A DNA stretch of 26,520 bases from a virus (Duplodnaviria > Caudoviricetes), in the IMG/VR virus record IMGVR_UViG_3300033402_000056, positions 1-26,520 of that record. One strand, 5' to 3'. Each line of letters starts with the position of its first letter. Positions within the stretch are counted from its first letter, which is position 1. The notes beneath the pieces were generated by a model. It was given only the letters and a program-made list of their open reading frames with translations. It was not told where the DNA came from and did not search any database. Both the position numbers and the translations under genes were made by a program. This document shows, piece after piece, positions 7,564 through 16,224 of this stretch.

Positions 7564-8684
7564 CGACGCCCTCCACCTATCTTTCCGCCATCTTCCACCA
7601 ACCCAGGAGATGATAGCTTGAGAGTGGTAGTCACACCGTTATCCTTGTCGAGCTTAAAGGTGCGGCCGGAGACGAGAAAAGTGCCGTCTATGGGAAGGCC
7701 ATTCAGGGTGTTAACGCTATCTTTTACCCGTGCAAGCCGATTGATGGTGAAATTCTTGCCGTTCTGAGAGTGCCGGGGAAGATCATAGGAAAGGCGAAAA
7801 CCGTCATGCCTCATCTTCTCCAGGAGAAGCCGCGCATGCTGCTGAGGAGTCTGGCTATCGTTACGGGAAAGCTCCACGAATGGCTTGTAGAACGGGAAAC
7901 TGGAATCAGTCACTGTCCCGGGGGGAATGTTTACTTTTGTAGCATCAAGCCCGTCAGCAGGATTTCCCTGCTGCTGGCCAACCACGGTCACCTTGCTGTA
8001 GCGCTTAGCGATGTTCTCTTCCACTTCGCTGGAAATAACGTTATTGCCTGCGCCTGCCTCGTTAAAAACTATCGAGTAATCAGGATCGCCACCCACCAGA
8101 GGCCGTCCGAAAACGAAGGTGCCGTCTGGAAGTGAAAAAAACATCTGTCCCTTCGAAAGAGCATACATCTGGAGGACCTGGAAGATGGTCATCCCAGGGT
8201 GGATCTGGGCGATACGTTCGGCGCTATCTGCTCCGAAGATGCCAGCAAGACCGTAGGATGCATTACGAGAGCGCCGGGTTTTGAGCTTTCCGACCAGGTC
8301 CTGTTGATAGAGAATCTGTTTACTGTTGATGAAAGGCACATTTTTAAGAAGGAATTGAGCCAGGCCGGAGAGCTTCATTCCCTGAACAGAAACAAACTGC
8401 TCGCAGCAGGAATCGACTAGTAGACCCATGAGGTCGCGGCCCTCGATGACAAGCTTTCTTCCCTGCTTATCGGTTCGTTGTGAACGCCGGTCGATTATGC
8501 CGGTTAGCTCCTTGCTTTTATTTACGAAAAGGGAGCACTTTGTTCCAGGCCGAATATCGAATTCAGGCTTACCTATCTCGAGTGAAAAAGCATGATCGGC
8601 AACGTAAAGGTCCGCTTCGACAGTATAGGAGAGGAAGTGTGTAACCTTCCGGCCTCCAATCTCCAGGTAGATGCTGTCGCTCAA
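7560..8684 (-). CDS. Baseplate hub protein, Mu gpP/gp44 family
   Basis: ADHAFSLE, LTGIID, IEGRDLMGLLVDSC and KRYSKVTVVGQ motifs; lies after N. Confidence 0.9.
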   Translation of the reverse strand: MSDSIYLEIGGRKVTHFLSYTVEADLYVADHAFSLEIGKPEFDIRPGTKCSLFVNKSKELTGIIDRRSQRTDKQGRKLVIEGRDLMGLLVDSCCEQFVSVQGMKLSGLAQFLLKNVPFINSKQILYQQDLVGKLKTRRSRNASYGLAGIFGADSAERIAQIHPGMTIFQVLQMYALSKGQMFFSLPDGTFVFGRPLVGGDPDYSIVFNEAGAGNNVISSEVEENIAKRYSKVTVVGQQQGNPADGLDATKVNIPPGTVTDSSFPFYKPFVELSRNDSQTPQQHARLLLEKMRHDGFRLSYDLPRHSQNGKNFTINRLARVKDSVNTLNGLPIDGTFLVSGRTFKLDKDNGVTTTLKLSSPGLVEDGGKIGGGRR

Positions 8685-10015
8685 GAAGCACCTCCTGGAA
8701 GCGTATAAATTTGAACGGCACCAGATACGAAGTTGGGATCTTCCATCGTCTTGTTGATTGATGCGATCCGCTCAGCATAGTTATAAGGTAAGCCATATTG
8801 GAGGCAGAGCAGATGTAAAGGAATTGGATTTACAACATGGACGGTGATGATAAGCTCACTCTCAAGCTTCACGGATGAAACATTCTGGAGGAGTTGAAGT
8901 GCAAGAGTTTTTAGCGACTGCATCGAGCGGGCCTGGTCGATTCCGGATTGCAGCCAGGTTCGAGAAGTAGCCAGCGTAGTTTCGAGATCATTCACTGTCA
9001 TTATCGGAGGTACAGGCTGCGTCGTGTACTGGCCGAGCACGTCAAAACTGGAGGTTTGCTCGATCTGGCGTACCTGCTGACGGTTCTCTTCATCGTCTGC
9101 ATAGCAGTATGCTGTCTCAAGCGCAAGCCTTTGGGCCGAGGCAAGCTGGAGATGCTTCGCGATCAAGGTGAGTGATGCCACTCCGGAAGCGCTCTGATCA
9201 GTGCTGAAACTGTTGGTGGAGGCTGCAAGTTGATTGAGGGCGAGATCGAGATTGCCGAGGAAACGGGCAGGGAAACCAAGGGAAGAATCGTACTCTCGAG
9301 CCACTCTCTCCACGCATTGAGTAAGAGTTCCCACGACAATCCCGGGAATGGTGGTCGGATAGGTGATGGTGGCGACAAGCGAATTGACTGGCTGGGTAAT
9401 TTCGCTTGCTATCGTGGAGAACATGCCGATGTAGCTATCGATCGCCTTGGCTATTCCTCGCATCGAGGCGCTTGCTCCAGAGAGTTGGGAGAGGATCGAC
9501 TGAGTAGGATCATATACAACGGTTGGGTCGAGACCTAATGCAACCAGGTCGGAGGAAATCTCTGTCTGCTGCTCATCCTGAGCATCTAGAAAAGCTCCTT
9601 CGACAGCCGAAGTAACATCGGTCGCCGGCATGATGGCAAGAGCTTCGCGCATCTGTTCGACAAAGGAGATGTCTACCTCTGCCGTGCGTTGCCGGTCATT
9701 GAACCGGACTCCAACTTTCTCGACCTTGCCTATGAGAAAACCGTAAATCGGATGAAAGAGTGTCCAGTCGCTCTTTTGCGCTAGGGCAGTAATCAGATCG
9801 ATATGATTATCAAATGTAAGATGCATCCCGGCATCCCAGAAGTAGCAGCGGATGGTGAGAGTATGAGCCTTTTCACCCATATCATCCAGGTCGGGGCCGT
9901 CGGCAAAAGGGTATTCATAACGGGGGATGGATTTCTCGAAGTTATCTTCGATGGTCTCCATCTCGAGGGTGATATCGTCGAGCTTTCCATTCTGTGTTGG
10001 AGTCGGAGCCCCCAT
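8681..10015 (-). CDS. DNA circularization/tail protein, Mu gpN family
   Basis: RYEYPFADGPDLDDMG, LFHPIYG and ISFVE N-terminal motifs; C-terminal PLHLL...Y...AERIASIN...PNFV. Start moved to ATG 10015, which follows GGGAG. Confidence 0.88.
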   Translation of the reverse strand: MGAPTPTQNGKLDDITLEMETIEDNFEKSIPRYEYPFADGPDLDDMGEKAHTLTIRCYFWDAGMHLTFDNHIDLITALAQKSDWTLFHPIYGFLIGKVEKVGVRFNDRQRTAEVDISFVEQMREALAIMPATDVTSAVEGAFLDAQDEQQTEISSDLVALGLDPTVVYDPTQSILSQLSGASASMRGIAKAIDSYIGMFSTIASEITQPVNSLVATITYPTTIPGIVVGTLTQCVERVAREYDSSLGFPARFLGNLDLALNQLAASTNSFSTDQSASGVASLTLIAKHLQLASAQRLALETAYCYADDEENRQQVRQIEQTSSFDVLGQYTTQPVPPIMTVNDLETTLATSRTWLQSGIDQARSMQSLKTLALQLLQNVSSVKLESELIITVHVVNPIPLHLLCLQYGLPYNYAERIASINKTMEDPNFVSGAVQIYTLPGGAS

Positions 10016-10016
10016 G

Positions 10017-11900
10017 CTAATGAGCTCCCTGCGTGCCGCCAAAGAACGAGCCGCGCGGCAAGGTGTTGATGGTAGTGTCGAGGTCGTTGGTGGAAGAGAA
10101 AACGCCGCCTTTGCCGTCTATTTTAAGATCGATCTTGATATCGTTTTTAGGCTTATACCATTCACTGCCGTGTTTTCCCGGAGGGGCAAAACTGTTAAAA
10201 GTTTTATTCGCGTCCCTTAACATGCTTTCTGACTTATCCTGATGAAAAGGACCATGATGATTATCGTATATCCTCTCTCCTATTTTGCCGTTGATAAAGG
10301 TTTTCTCAATGGCCGTGCCGACAGCGTAACCAAACGCAAGAGCAGCTCCAGCTGCAAGGACTGTCGTCCCGGAAAATGTAGCAGCACCCATTCCTATATT
10401 CTTGAGCCATGGCAATATCTTTCCGCCCCCAGGGGGGATAATCGGGGGAATTGCACCACCTCCGGAAGCCCATCCCAGATTGGCTGGCCAGTTTGTAACA
10501 AAAACCGGATTAACTCCGGTGGCAGTCTGGACCGCTTTACCTTCGGCAATGCCAAACCCGGTCCTTCCAATGTTGCCGATAAGCCCACTTGGGCCTAATG
10601 TAGACAAAACACGGCTGAGAGCAAGCCCTCCCCTAGCTAAGTTATATAAACCATAAAGACCTGCTCCGACAGCAACACCACCTGCTCCGTATGAAATCGT
10701 TTTGGCAAATCCTTTATGCTCTTCTGCGAATGCCCCTACCGACCCGGTAAGATTATTGATAAGATCATTTGCTTTGGTAAGAGGATTGAGCAGCGGATCG
10801 AAGAGTGATGCCCCTGTACTCTTTATTGTAGTTACCAGCTTTATCCAGGATGCATTAAAACCCGTAGCCCAGATTTCCTGCTTCTCAGTGATGTCCTTAT
10901 GTGAGTGCACAAAGGCATCAAATTCCTGAAAACTAAGCTTTGACTGTGCGACGATCTCAGCAAACCGTTTTCCTTCTTCTCCGAAGATTTTTTCAAAAAG
11001 AATCAGTTTGTTTTTATCATTGGCTATTGCCCCAAACTTGGTTCTAACTTCGTCCAGGGCGTGAGATGCCCCTTTAAATTTGCCTGACTTGGCGTCAAAA
11101 AAATCCAGTCCCATGTACTTGAGATATTTTCGTTCTTCCCGATGGCCTCCGGCAAGCCTGTCCATAAAGCGGTTGACAGATGTACCTGCCATGTCTCCAA
11201 GAGGGGCCGCCATGGTAAGCATGGTTGTTAGATCTTTAGGCGAAATTCCGAGAGCCTTAGCAGAGTTGCCCGACATCTTCATCCCGTAAAAAAGTTGTCC
11301 AAGATCGTGCCCTGCGCTTGATTCTGCTTTTTCAAGCCAGTTGGAAATTTCCGAGTACTGCTCGCCTTTGGTAAAACCAAAAGTCTGGCCAATCTTGGCT
11401 AGACTTTCACCAACTGCTCTCGGATCATTCCCGGAAAGGGCAGCGAGCCCCGCAGCGTTCCATGTAACTCCACGCTGCCCGGTTACATCCTTAAAATTGA
11501 TGCCAGACTTCAAGAGCTGGGCCTCCATGCCAACGATTTGCTGTGATGTGAATGGCGAATTCTGGCCGATAAAATTGGCTGTATCCTTTACCGACTGAAG
11601 CTGCTTATGGAGAGAGGCGGCATTCTCAGTGCTGTTGGCCAGGTTCATCTCTACTTTGTGCAGCTCTTCCTGCATGTCTGCGGCAGCTGCCACGCCAGGC
11701 TTGAGCTTATCGATGCCGTAATTGGCCACTGCGATTGATTTAAGCCCGCGGGTGATGTGCGTCTGCATAAGATCGAAATCTCGAGCGACGGATTTGCCGG
11801 CATCTCCCATTGCTAAAATGTTTCGCCGGGCGACCTGGGCCGCGCCGGAGAGCATATCAACCATTGTGAGCTGCATTGCAAGTTTGAATTCGCTATTCAT
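10017..11900 (-). CDS. Tail tape measure protein (TP901-like core)
   Basis: Ala/Gly-rich helical protein with AGTSVNRF, LGLDFFDAKSGKFKG-like segment, IFGEEG and VNPVFVTNWP motifs; lies between chaperone and N. Confidence 0.9.
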   Translation of the reverse strand: MNSEFKLAMQLTMVDMLSGAAQVARRNILAMGDAGKSVARDFDLMQTHITRGLKSIAVANYGIDKLKPGVAAAADMQEELHKVEMNLANSTENAASLHKQLQSVKDTANFIGQNSPFTSQQIVGMEAQLLKSGINFKDVTGQRGVTWNAAGLAALSGNDPRAVGESLAKIGQTFGFTKGEQYSEISNWLEKAESSAGHDLGQLFYGMKMSGNSAKALGISPKDLTTMLTMAAPLGDMAGTSVNRFMDRLAGGHREERKYLKYMGLDFFDAKSGKFKGASHALDEVRTKFGAIANDKNKLILFEKIFGEEGKRFAEIVAQSKLSFQEFDAFVHSHKDITEKQEIWATGFNASWIKLVTTIKSTGASLFDPLLNPLTKANDLINNLTGSVGAFAEEHKGFAKTISYGAGGVAVGAGLYGLYNLARGGLALSRVLSTLGPSGLIGNIGRTGFGIAEGKAVQTATGVNPVFVTNWPANLGWASGGGAIPPIIPPGGGKILPWLKNIGMGAATFSGTTVLAAGAALAFGYAVGTAIEKTFINGKIGERIYDNHHGPFHQDKSESMLRDANKTFNSFAPPGKHGSEWYKPKNDIKIDLKIDGKGGVFSSTNDLDTTINTLPRGSFFGGTQGAH

Positions 11901-12082
11901 TTCGTTCCTTCACGGCGCACTTTAAACTTCTTGCCAGGCTTGGGAGGATTGCTAAGGTCGTCGTATGCCTGGTCATACCCTCTTATCACTCCCCTGCTCA
12001 TCTCCAGGACTTCCTCCGTCGTGAAGCCGAGTTTTTTTAGAACCAGAATGTCCTTTCTCAGGGGCTTCAGCTTTCGCTCGAA
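11897..12082 (-). CDS. C-terminal segment of frameshifted tail assembly chaperone (reached by -2 slip; fusion about 169 aa)
   Basis: Open frame FERKLKPLRKDILVLKKLGFTTEEVLEMS... runs to an ATGA overlap with the tape measure gene. Slippery CTT TTT CGA at 12086-12078. Confidence 0.7.
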   Translation of the reverse strand, partial: FERKLKPLRKDILVLKKLGFTTEEVLEMSRGVIRGYDQAYDDLSNPPKPGKKFKVRREGTK

Positions 12083-12404
12083 AAAGAGTCCTCCGTTGTT
12101 CGAGTTGCGCCGACATAACAAGAAGAAGCATGCCATCCGCCTTGGAAAGCTCCTCCAGCTGTTCAGGGGAAACCCTATTGAGACCTTCAACCTTCAGCCT
12201 GGCAGCCATGATGCATGCTGAAAAATACCCTGCGTCAGAGGCAATCTTCTTTTTCTCGTCACCAGCCAGGCGTTCAAGGTTGAGGGTGTTATCATTCGAC
12301 ACCATGAAGGTGTGGCGCATGACCTCTTCCTCGAGGATGAACTCTCGATAGAACTTCCCTTCGTGTTCGATGCCATGGATAAAGGAGCCGCTTTCGGTCA
12401 GCAT
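11973..12404 (-). CDS. Tail assembly chaperone (Mu gp41-like)
   Basis: Position between tube and tape measure; GIEHEGK..REF and LEELSKADG motifs. Confidence 0.8.
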   Translation of the reverse strand: MLTESGSFIHGIEHEGKFYREFILEEEVMRHTFMVSNDNTLNLERLAGDEKKKIASDAGYFSACIMAARLKVEGLNRVSPEQLEELSKADGMLLLVMSAQLEQRRTLFRAKAEAPEKGHSGSKKTRLHDGGSPGDEQGSDKRV

Positions 12405-12407
12405 CGA

Positions 12408-12767
12408 TTACTCCTCCACCCTGGTTTCGGCGAGGAACTCTACGGTCTTCACCGCATCGTTATCCTCATCGTACTTTACCTGGCCTACCTTTTCGCAGGA
12501 GAGGCCAGAGTAAGTTATGCGCGTGCCGTTTTCATAGTCGATGGTGAGCGTGCCTTCCTCGACGTCATCGAAGTCGAATTCAGGAGTGCTCTTGGGAATG
12601 ACGTAATCGACTTTGACTGTAGGCCGCTGGGTCACCGTTGCGAATCCCGTGCTGTTCATAAGCTTCACGGGTACCCGAAGGGTTCGCTCGCCCTCCTCGA
12701 CGGTCTTGAAGTCGGTTATCTCCTGGCCGTTGATCTCCAGGAGGACTTTTCGTACATATTCAGACAT
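12408..12767 (-). CDS. Tail tube protein
   Basis: 119-aa acidic beta-rich protein directly after the sheath (MSEYV..V.LEINGQEI, FDFDDVEEGTLTI); GGAGG RBS. Confidence 0.8.
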   Translation of the reverse strand: MSEYVRKVLLEINGQEITDFKTVEEGERTLRVPVKLMNSTGFATVTQRPTVKVDYVIPKSTPEFDFDDVEEGTLTIDYENGTRITYSGLSCEKVGQVKYDEDNDAVKTVEFLAETRVEE

Positions 12768-12792
12768 GGTTTGAACCTCCGTTTAACTACTA

Positions 12793-14220
12793 TTAAAGGT
12801 AGAGATCGATCACCGCGGCAAAGACGTGCAGCCCCGGGACAACATTGGCGGGGATCTGGGCGTCAAGTTGTCCAACGTTCTGGCTATCCTTCTCGACGAT
12901 GAGTTGGGCTTTATAGGCGTCGACGTTGTCGAGAATCTCAAGCGCTTCCAGCTGATGAAGGACGTCCAGGATCTGGCCGCGAACCCTTCCCGGCGTATTC
13001 CCGGTGATGCTGATTTTGGAGCGCGGAAACCGCAATGCTATTCGGGTCCGAACCGCCAACCGGGTATAGTCGAGGCTTGTGATGGTGGTGGCGTCCAGGA
13101 GCGATACATCGGCGATGCCCTGGGGATTTAGGGTGTAGGTGGTGATGAGACGGACAATCTGCACCATCTGCCCAGGACCAACCTCAAGGGGAGTTACTCC
13201 GTTTGCCAGACAACTCTCCTGCTCCGTGCGGGAAAGAAGCTGTGAGACAGGAGGAGGAGCGATTGTCACGAGAGGAAGGGTGTTGAGTGGCCGGGCCGGA
13301 TCCGGCTCGCTGCACCATACGGCGGCTAATGCTGCTGCCACCTCGTACGCGGGAGAGCAGGTTCCGCGAAGAAGACCGCCAATGAGGCGTCCTTCGTTTA
13401 ATTCGCCTGCGAGTGTGGTGGCAGCGGCGAGTGATCCAGTGAGGACATAAACCCCGCATCCAGGTCGTTCCTCCAGAGGTCCAGAGACGTTTTCAAGATA
13501 GGTCCTAAGAGCGGTAAGGCTAGTCTCATCATTATAAGGAACCGCGATTTTGTCATACTGACTGGCAAACGTTACGGCAAGAGCCGTGGTGATGTCGGGA
13601 TCCACGGACCCATTGGCCATGGTTACGACGGCAGCGGCAACGCCAGCCGCGGAGACTTTCGCCGAAAGTACAACCTGGTTTCCGCAGGTACCTTTATGGA
13701 GAGAGGTAAGGGTAAGAATGCCTCCCGCAACCGTGGGAAAAACCGGCAGATCGGCTATTGCAGTAAGAGCTGCAAGGAGGTTTGTGGCGATGACGTCAGC
13801 TGTATCCCCAGTGGCAATAGCTATCTCTATATCGCGATTCCCAACATATAGATCAAGAAGGCCAGGTCCTGTGGCAGGCCCGGTGATGGTAACCGTTCCG
13901 ACGGCTTTCGCTCCCAATGCCATATCGTCCAGGGCGCACACCGTAAGGTCGAGATTCTGATTCTCGGCGATCGCGGTCTTAACCATCAAATATGCCAGGG
14001 ATCCAAAGCCGAAGTAAGCAGCTGCATCCGCGGCGCTGAACACCTGAGTGGGAACGAGGGCGGCTACCAAACCGGCTGCCAGGCGCTGGGCGATGATTAG
14101 CATGCGCTGCGCGTTGGCCGGCAAAGTTGAGACGGCATTTGCCGTGTTGTATTCCAGATATTGGCCGGGCTTGCGGATCCCCGACGGGATCTTGGAAAAT
14201 GAAATGTCAGGAGAACTCAT
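12793..14220 (-). CDS. Contractile tail sheath protein, Mu gpL family
   Basis: IPSGIRKPGQYLEYN, FGFGSLA, DPARPLNTLPL, LANGVTPLEV, QIVRLITTY and NVVPGLHVFA motifs. Confidence 0.95.
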   Translation of the reverse strand: MSSPDISFSKIPSGIRKPGQYLEYNTANAVSTLPANAQRMLIIAQRLAAGLVAALVPTQVFSAADAAAYFGFGSLAYLMVKTAIAENQNLDLTVCALDDMALGAKAVGTVTITGPATGPGLLDLYVGNRDIEIAIATGDTADVIATNLLAALTAIADLPVFPTVAGGILTLTSLHKGTCGNQVVLSAKVSAAGVAAAVVTMANGSVDPDITTALAVTFASQYDKIAVPYNDETSLTALRTYLENVSGPLEERPGCGVYVLTGSLAAATTLAGELNEGRLIGGLLRGTCSPAYEVAAALAAVWCSEPDPARPLNTLPLVTIAPPPVSQLLSRTEQESCLANGVTPLEVGPGQMVQIVRLITTYTLNPQGIADVSLLDATTITSLDYTRLAVRTRIALRFPRSKISITGNTPGRVRGQILDVLHQLEALEILDNVDAYKAQLIVEKDSQNVGQLDAQIPANVVPGLHVFAAVIDLYL

Positions 14221-14408
14221 GCTGAATCACCTCCTTTTGAGGCTTGCGCGGTAGGTTTGGCGGCGGGGGCAAGAACAAGAGAGCCGTCGGCAACCAGCCG
14301 GAGATAGTAATGGGACTCGGGAACATCGACCGGAGTTGAATCGGTGATGTATTCCCTTGGCTTATTTTCCTTTGGGCATTTAAGGCCCTTCGCGGCGATT
14401 ACGTTCAT
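14217..14408 (-). CDS. Mu gp38-like protein (DUF2635)
   Basis: GLKCPKE...VDVPESHYYLRLVADGSLV; ATGA overlap with sheath. Confidence 0.85.
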   Translation of the reverse strand: MNVIAAKGLKCPKENKPREYITDSTPVDVPESHYYLRLVADGSLVLAPAAKPTAQASKGGDSA

Positions 14409-14419
14409 GATCTCTCCAT

Positions 14420-14962
14420 TTAATCTGTGAATGTGACTGTGTCAGAGGCGTCGGCCACGCCATTGCTTGGCTGAAGGAAATATGTAAGGCCGACTGAAAG
14501 AAGATTCGTCTCGGTGGGATCGGGGGCGATCTCCGTATAGAAGCTAGTATAAAACTCCAGGTCGTAGACGATCTTATTGTTCTTAAAATCCTCCTCGGTA
14601 GATACATCCTTGAACCCCCTGGGCAGTAGGTCGGTGATGACCAGTCCGAAACGCTGCCGGGCGAGAGTTTGAATAACCCCAAATACAAGAGGATTTACAC
14701 CGTCGCGGCGATCCTGCTCGCCTCGGGCGTTGGTCATGCTGAGCTGTACATGCACTGGGCAGTCGATCCGGAATGACCGCTGTCCCTTTGTCTCGATCTT
14801 GCCATTGAAGATAGCCACCACAACTGCTGGATCGTTAAAGATATAGCGCATGTTCTGCTGACGTTTGGCAGTCTTGAACTCGGTGATCTGCGCAACCAGA
14901 TAGGCCTCGACGGCTCGCTCGATATCCGTTGGGTTCGTGACTGGAGTGGGAGGCGTACCCAT
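14420..14962 (-). CDS. Tail terminator/head-tail protein, Mu gp37-like (DUF1834)
   Basis: Size and position between gp36 and gp38; PAVVVAI and VYDLEFYT motifs. Confidence 0.75.
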   Translation of the reverse strand: MGTPPTPVTNPTDIERAVEAYLVAQITEFKTAKRQQNMRYIFNDPAVVVAIFNGKIETKGQRSFRIDCPVHVQLSMTNARGEQDRRDGVNPLVFGVIQTLARQRFGLVITDLLPRGFKDVSTEEDFKNNKIVYDLEFYTSFYTEIAPDPTETNLLSVGLTYFLQPSNGVADASDTVTFTD

Positions 14963-15469
14963 TTAATACCCTCTCATGGTATCGCGTTTGAAAATACGCC
15001 CTCCGGAAACAATCTCCGGAGTGGCACTCGTAAAAGTCTCGTTCGGTTGAGGGTCTTGGAGACCCAGGGTGATGATTCCCTTGGCGAGTCCTTCGAGGTT
15101 TTTGACGGCGTTGTCTCTTCTCATTTTACGGTTTTCAGGAACATTCTCCCTCCTGGAGAAAAGAGTGTAGATCGCCAGGTCTAGTGCAAGTGATTTGACA
15201 AAATCGGGAAGCGGATCAAACGGCACCTGATAGCGCTTCCCGCAATAGCCGTCAACTTCGCCGTCGCCTCGGGTGATCGCCTTGCTAATATTGCCGGCTG
15301 CGATGCCGGCTGCAGTCACCTGAGCAGACGTGAGTGATGACAGATTCCCGTTGTTTAAGGCAAGGACGATCATATCGACGGTAAGACCGCTATTGCTATC
15401 GTCACAGAGTTGGAGGATAACATCGTCTGATATCTCTCCACGGAAATCGTCAATCGTATTGTAGCTCAT
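14963..15469 (-). CDS. Head-tail connector, Mu gp36 family (DUF1320)
   Basis: MSY.T..D, EVDGYCGKRYQVP, LALDLAIYTL and AVKNLEGLAKGIITLG motifs. Confidence 0.9.
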   Translation of the reverse strand: MSYNTIDDFRGEISDDVILQLCDDSNSGLTVDMIVLALNNGNLSSLTSAQVTAAGIAAGNISKAITRGDGEVDGYCGKRYQVPFDPLPDFVKSLALDLAIYTLFSRRENVPENRKMRRDNAVKNLEGLAKGIITLGLQDPQPNETFTSATPEIVSGGRIFKRDTMRGY

Positions 15470-15511
15470 AATGTGCCTCTAAAGGGACGATGCAACCATC
15501 CCCGCTCTGTT

Positions 15512-15934
15512 TTATTGCATGTCCACACAGATGTTGTATGTCTTGGATGCGCTAGAATATGCGTAGAAAGAAGCTCCCGATATTCCATGATTGATGGTCA
15601 GATCACCGCTTGAACCCGGCTGCCAGGCGGTATTGCTGTTCAATACGCGTTTGACGATGAGAGGATTGCCGCTGTTGTCCGAAGCGGTCCAGTAAAGCAT
15701 TAGGTAGAATTTGCCATTTGAATCCGTGGTGGGGAAAGTGGCAAGAAGTCCCTTGGTCTTTGTAATGGTGACGCATGAGGCGGCTTCCGCAAGCGGGCAG
15801 ATCGACTTAACGTTCTGGACCGGAAAGGGAGTGTTGTCATACGGGAGTATGCCTGTATAGACGGCCTGGGCGACGGTAGCAATGGCACACAAAAGAACTG
15901 TCGCTAACATAAAAACTGAAAACTTCATCTTCAT
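15512..15934 (-). CDS. Hypothetical exported beta-rich protein
   Basis: Signal peptide MKMKFSVFMLATVLLCAIATVAQA with an A-x-A cleavage site; strong AAGGAGG RBS; no Mu counterpart at this position. Confidence 0.75.
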   Translation of the reverse strand: MKMKFSVFMLATVLLCAIATVAQAVYTGILPYDNTPFPVQNVKSICPLAEAASCVTITKTKGLLATFPTTDSNGKFYLMLYWTASDNSGNPLIVKRVLNSNTAWQPGSSGDLTINHGISGASFYAYSSASKTYNICVDMQ

Positions 15935-15961
15935 TGGTTTCCTCCTTGTTTGTTAAATCTC

Positions 15962-16141
15962 TTATTTTGTTTTCTTATCGTCGGGACCGGGTGGGAGGAT
16001 CTCGACTACCAGATTAGGTTCTTTCTGCAGCACTGCAATCTGGTCTTTCGTGAACTTTCCGTCGGGATATTCAGCGGTCCCGGTAAAAGCAACTCCGCAT
16101 CTACGGAATCCTATTTTCTTGGTGGTGATCTTGATGGGCAT
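15962..16141 (-). CDS. HI1506/Mu gp35-like small protein (59 aa, absent from the ORF track)
   Basis: Manual translation gives MPIKITTKKIGFRRCGVAFTGTAEYPDGKFTKDQIAVLQKEPNLVVEILPPGPDDKKTK. GFRRCG...FT..Q...L..EP.LVV is the family motif. AAGGAG RBS. Confidence 0.85.
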   Translation of the reverse strand: MPIKITTKKIGFRRCGVAFTGTAEYPDGKFTKDQIAVLQKEPNLVVEILPPGPDDKKTK

Positions 16142-16224
16142 AAATACACTCCTTTACTTTTTTGAGGGGCAGACGCGTTATCCCCGTCATTTAAGCCGGC
16201 CTGGAGGTCGTCACCCTGTATTTG

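Noticed and set aside
15481-15505. Terminator-like hairpin after the 140-aa gene
   Set aside because: The stem is imperfect with only three U residues, and downstream genes need read-through. Too weak to call.
16145-16224. Possible riboswitch or structured RNA after the capsid gene
   Set aside because: GC-rich segments are present, but I could not match a known consensus or a clean terminator. An Infernal/Rfam scan would be needed.
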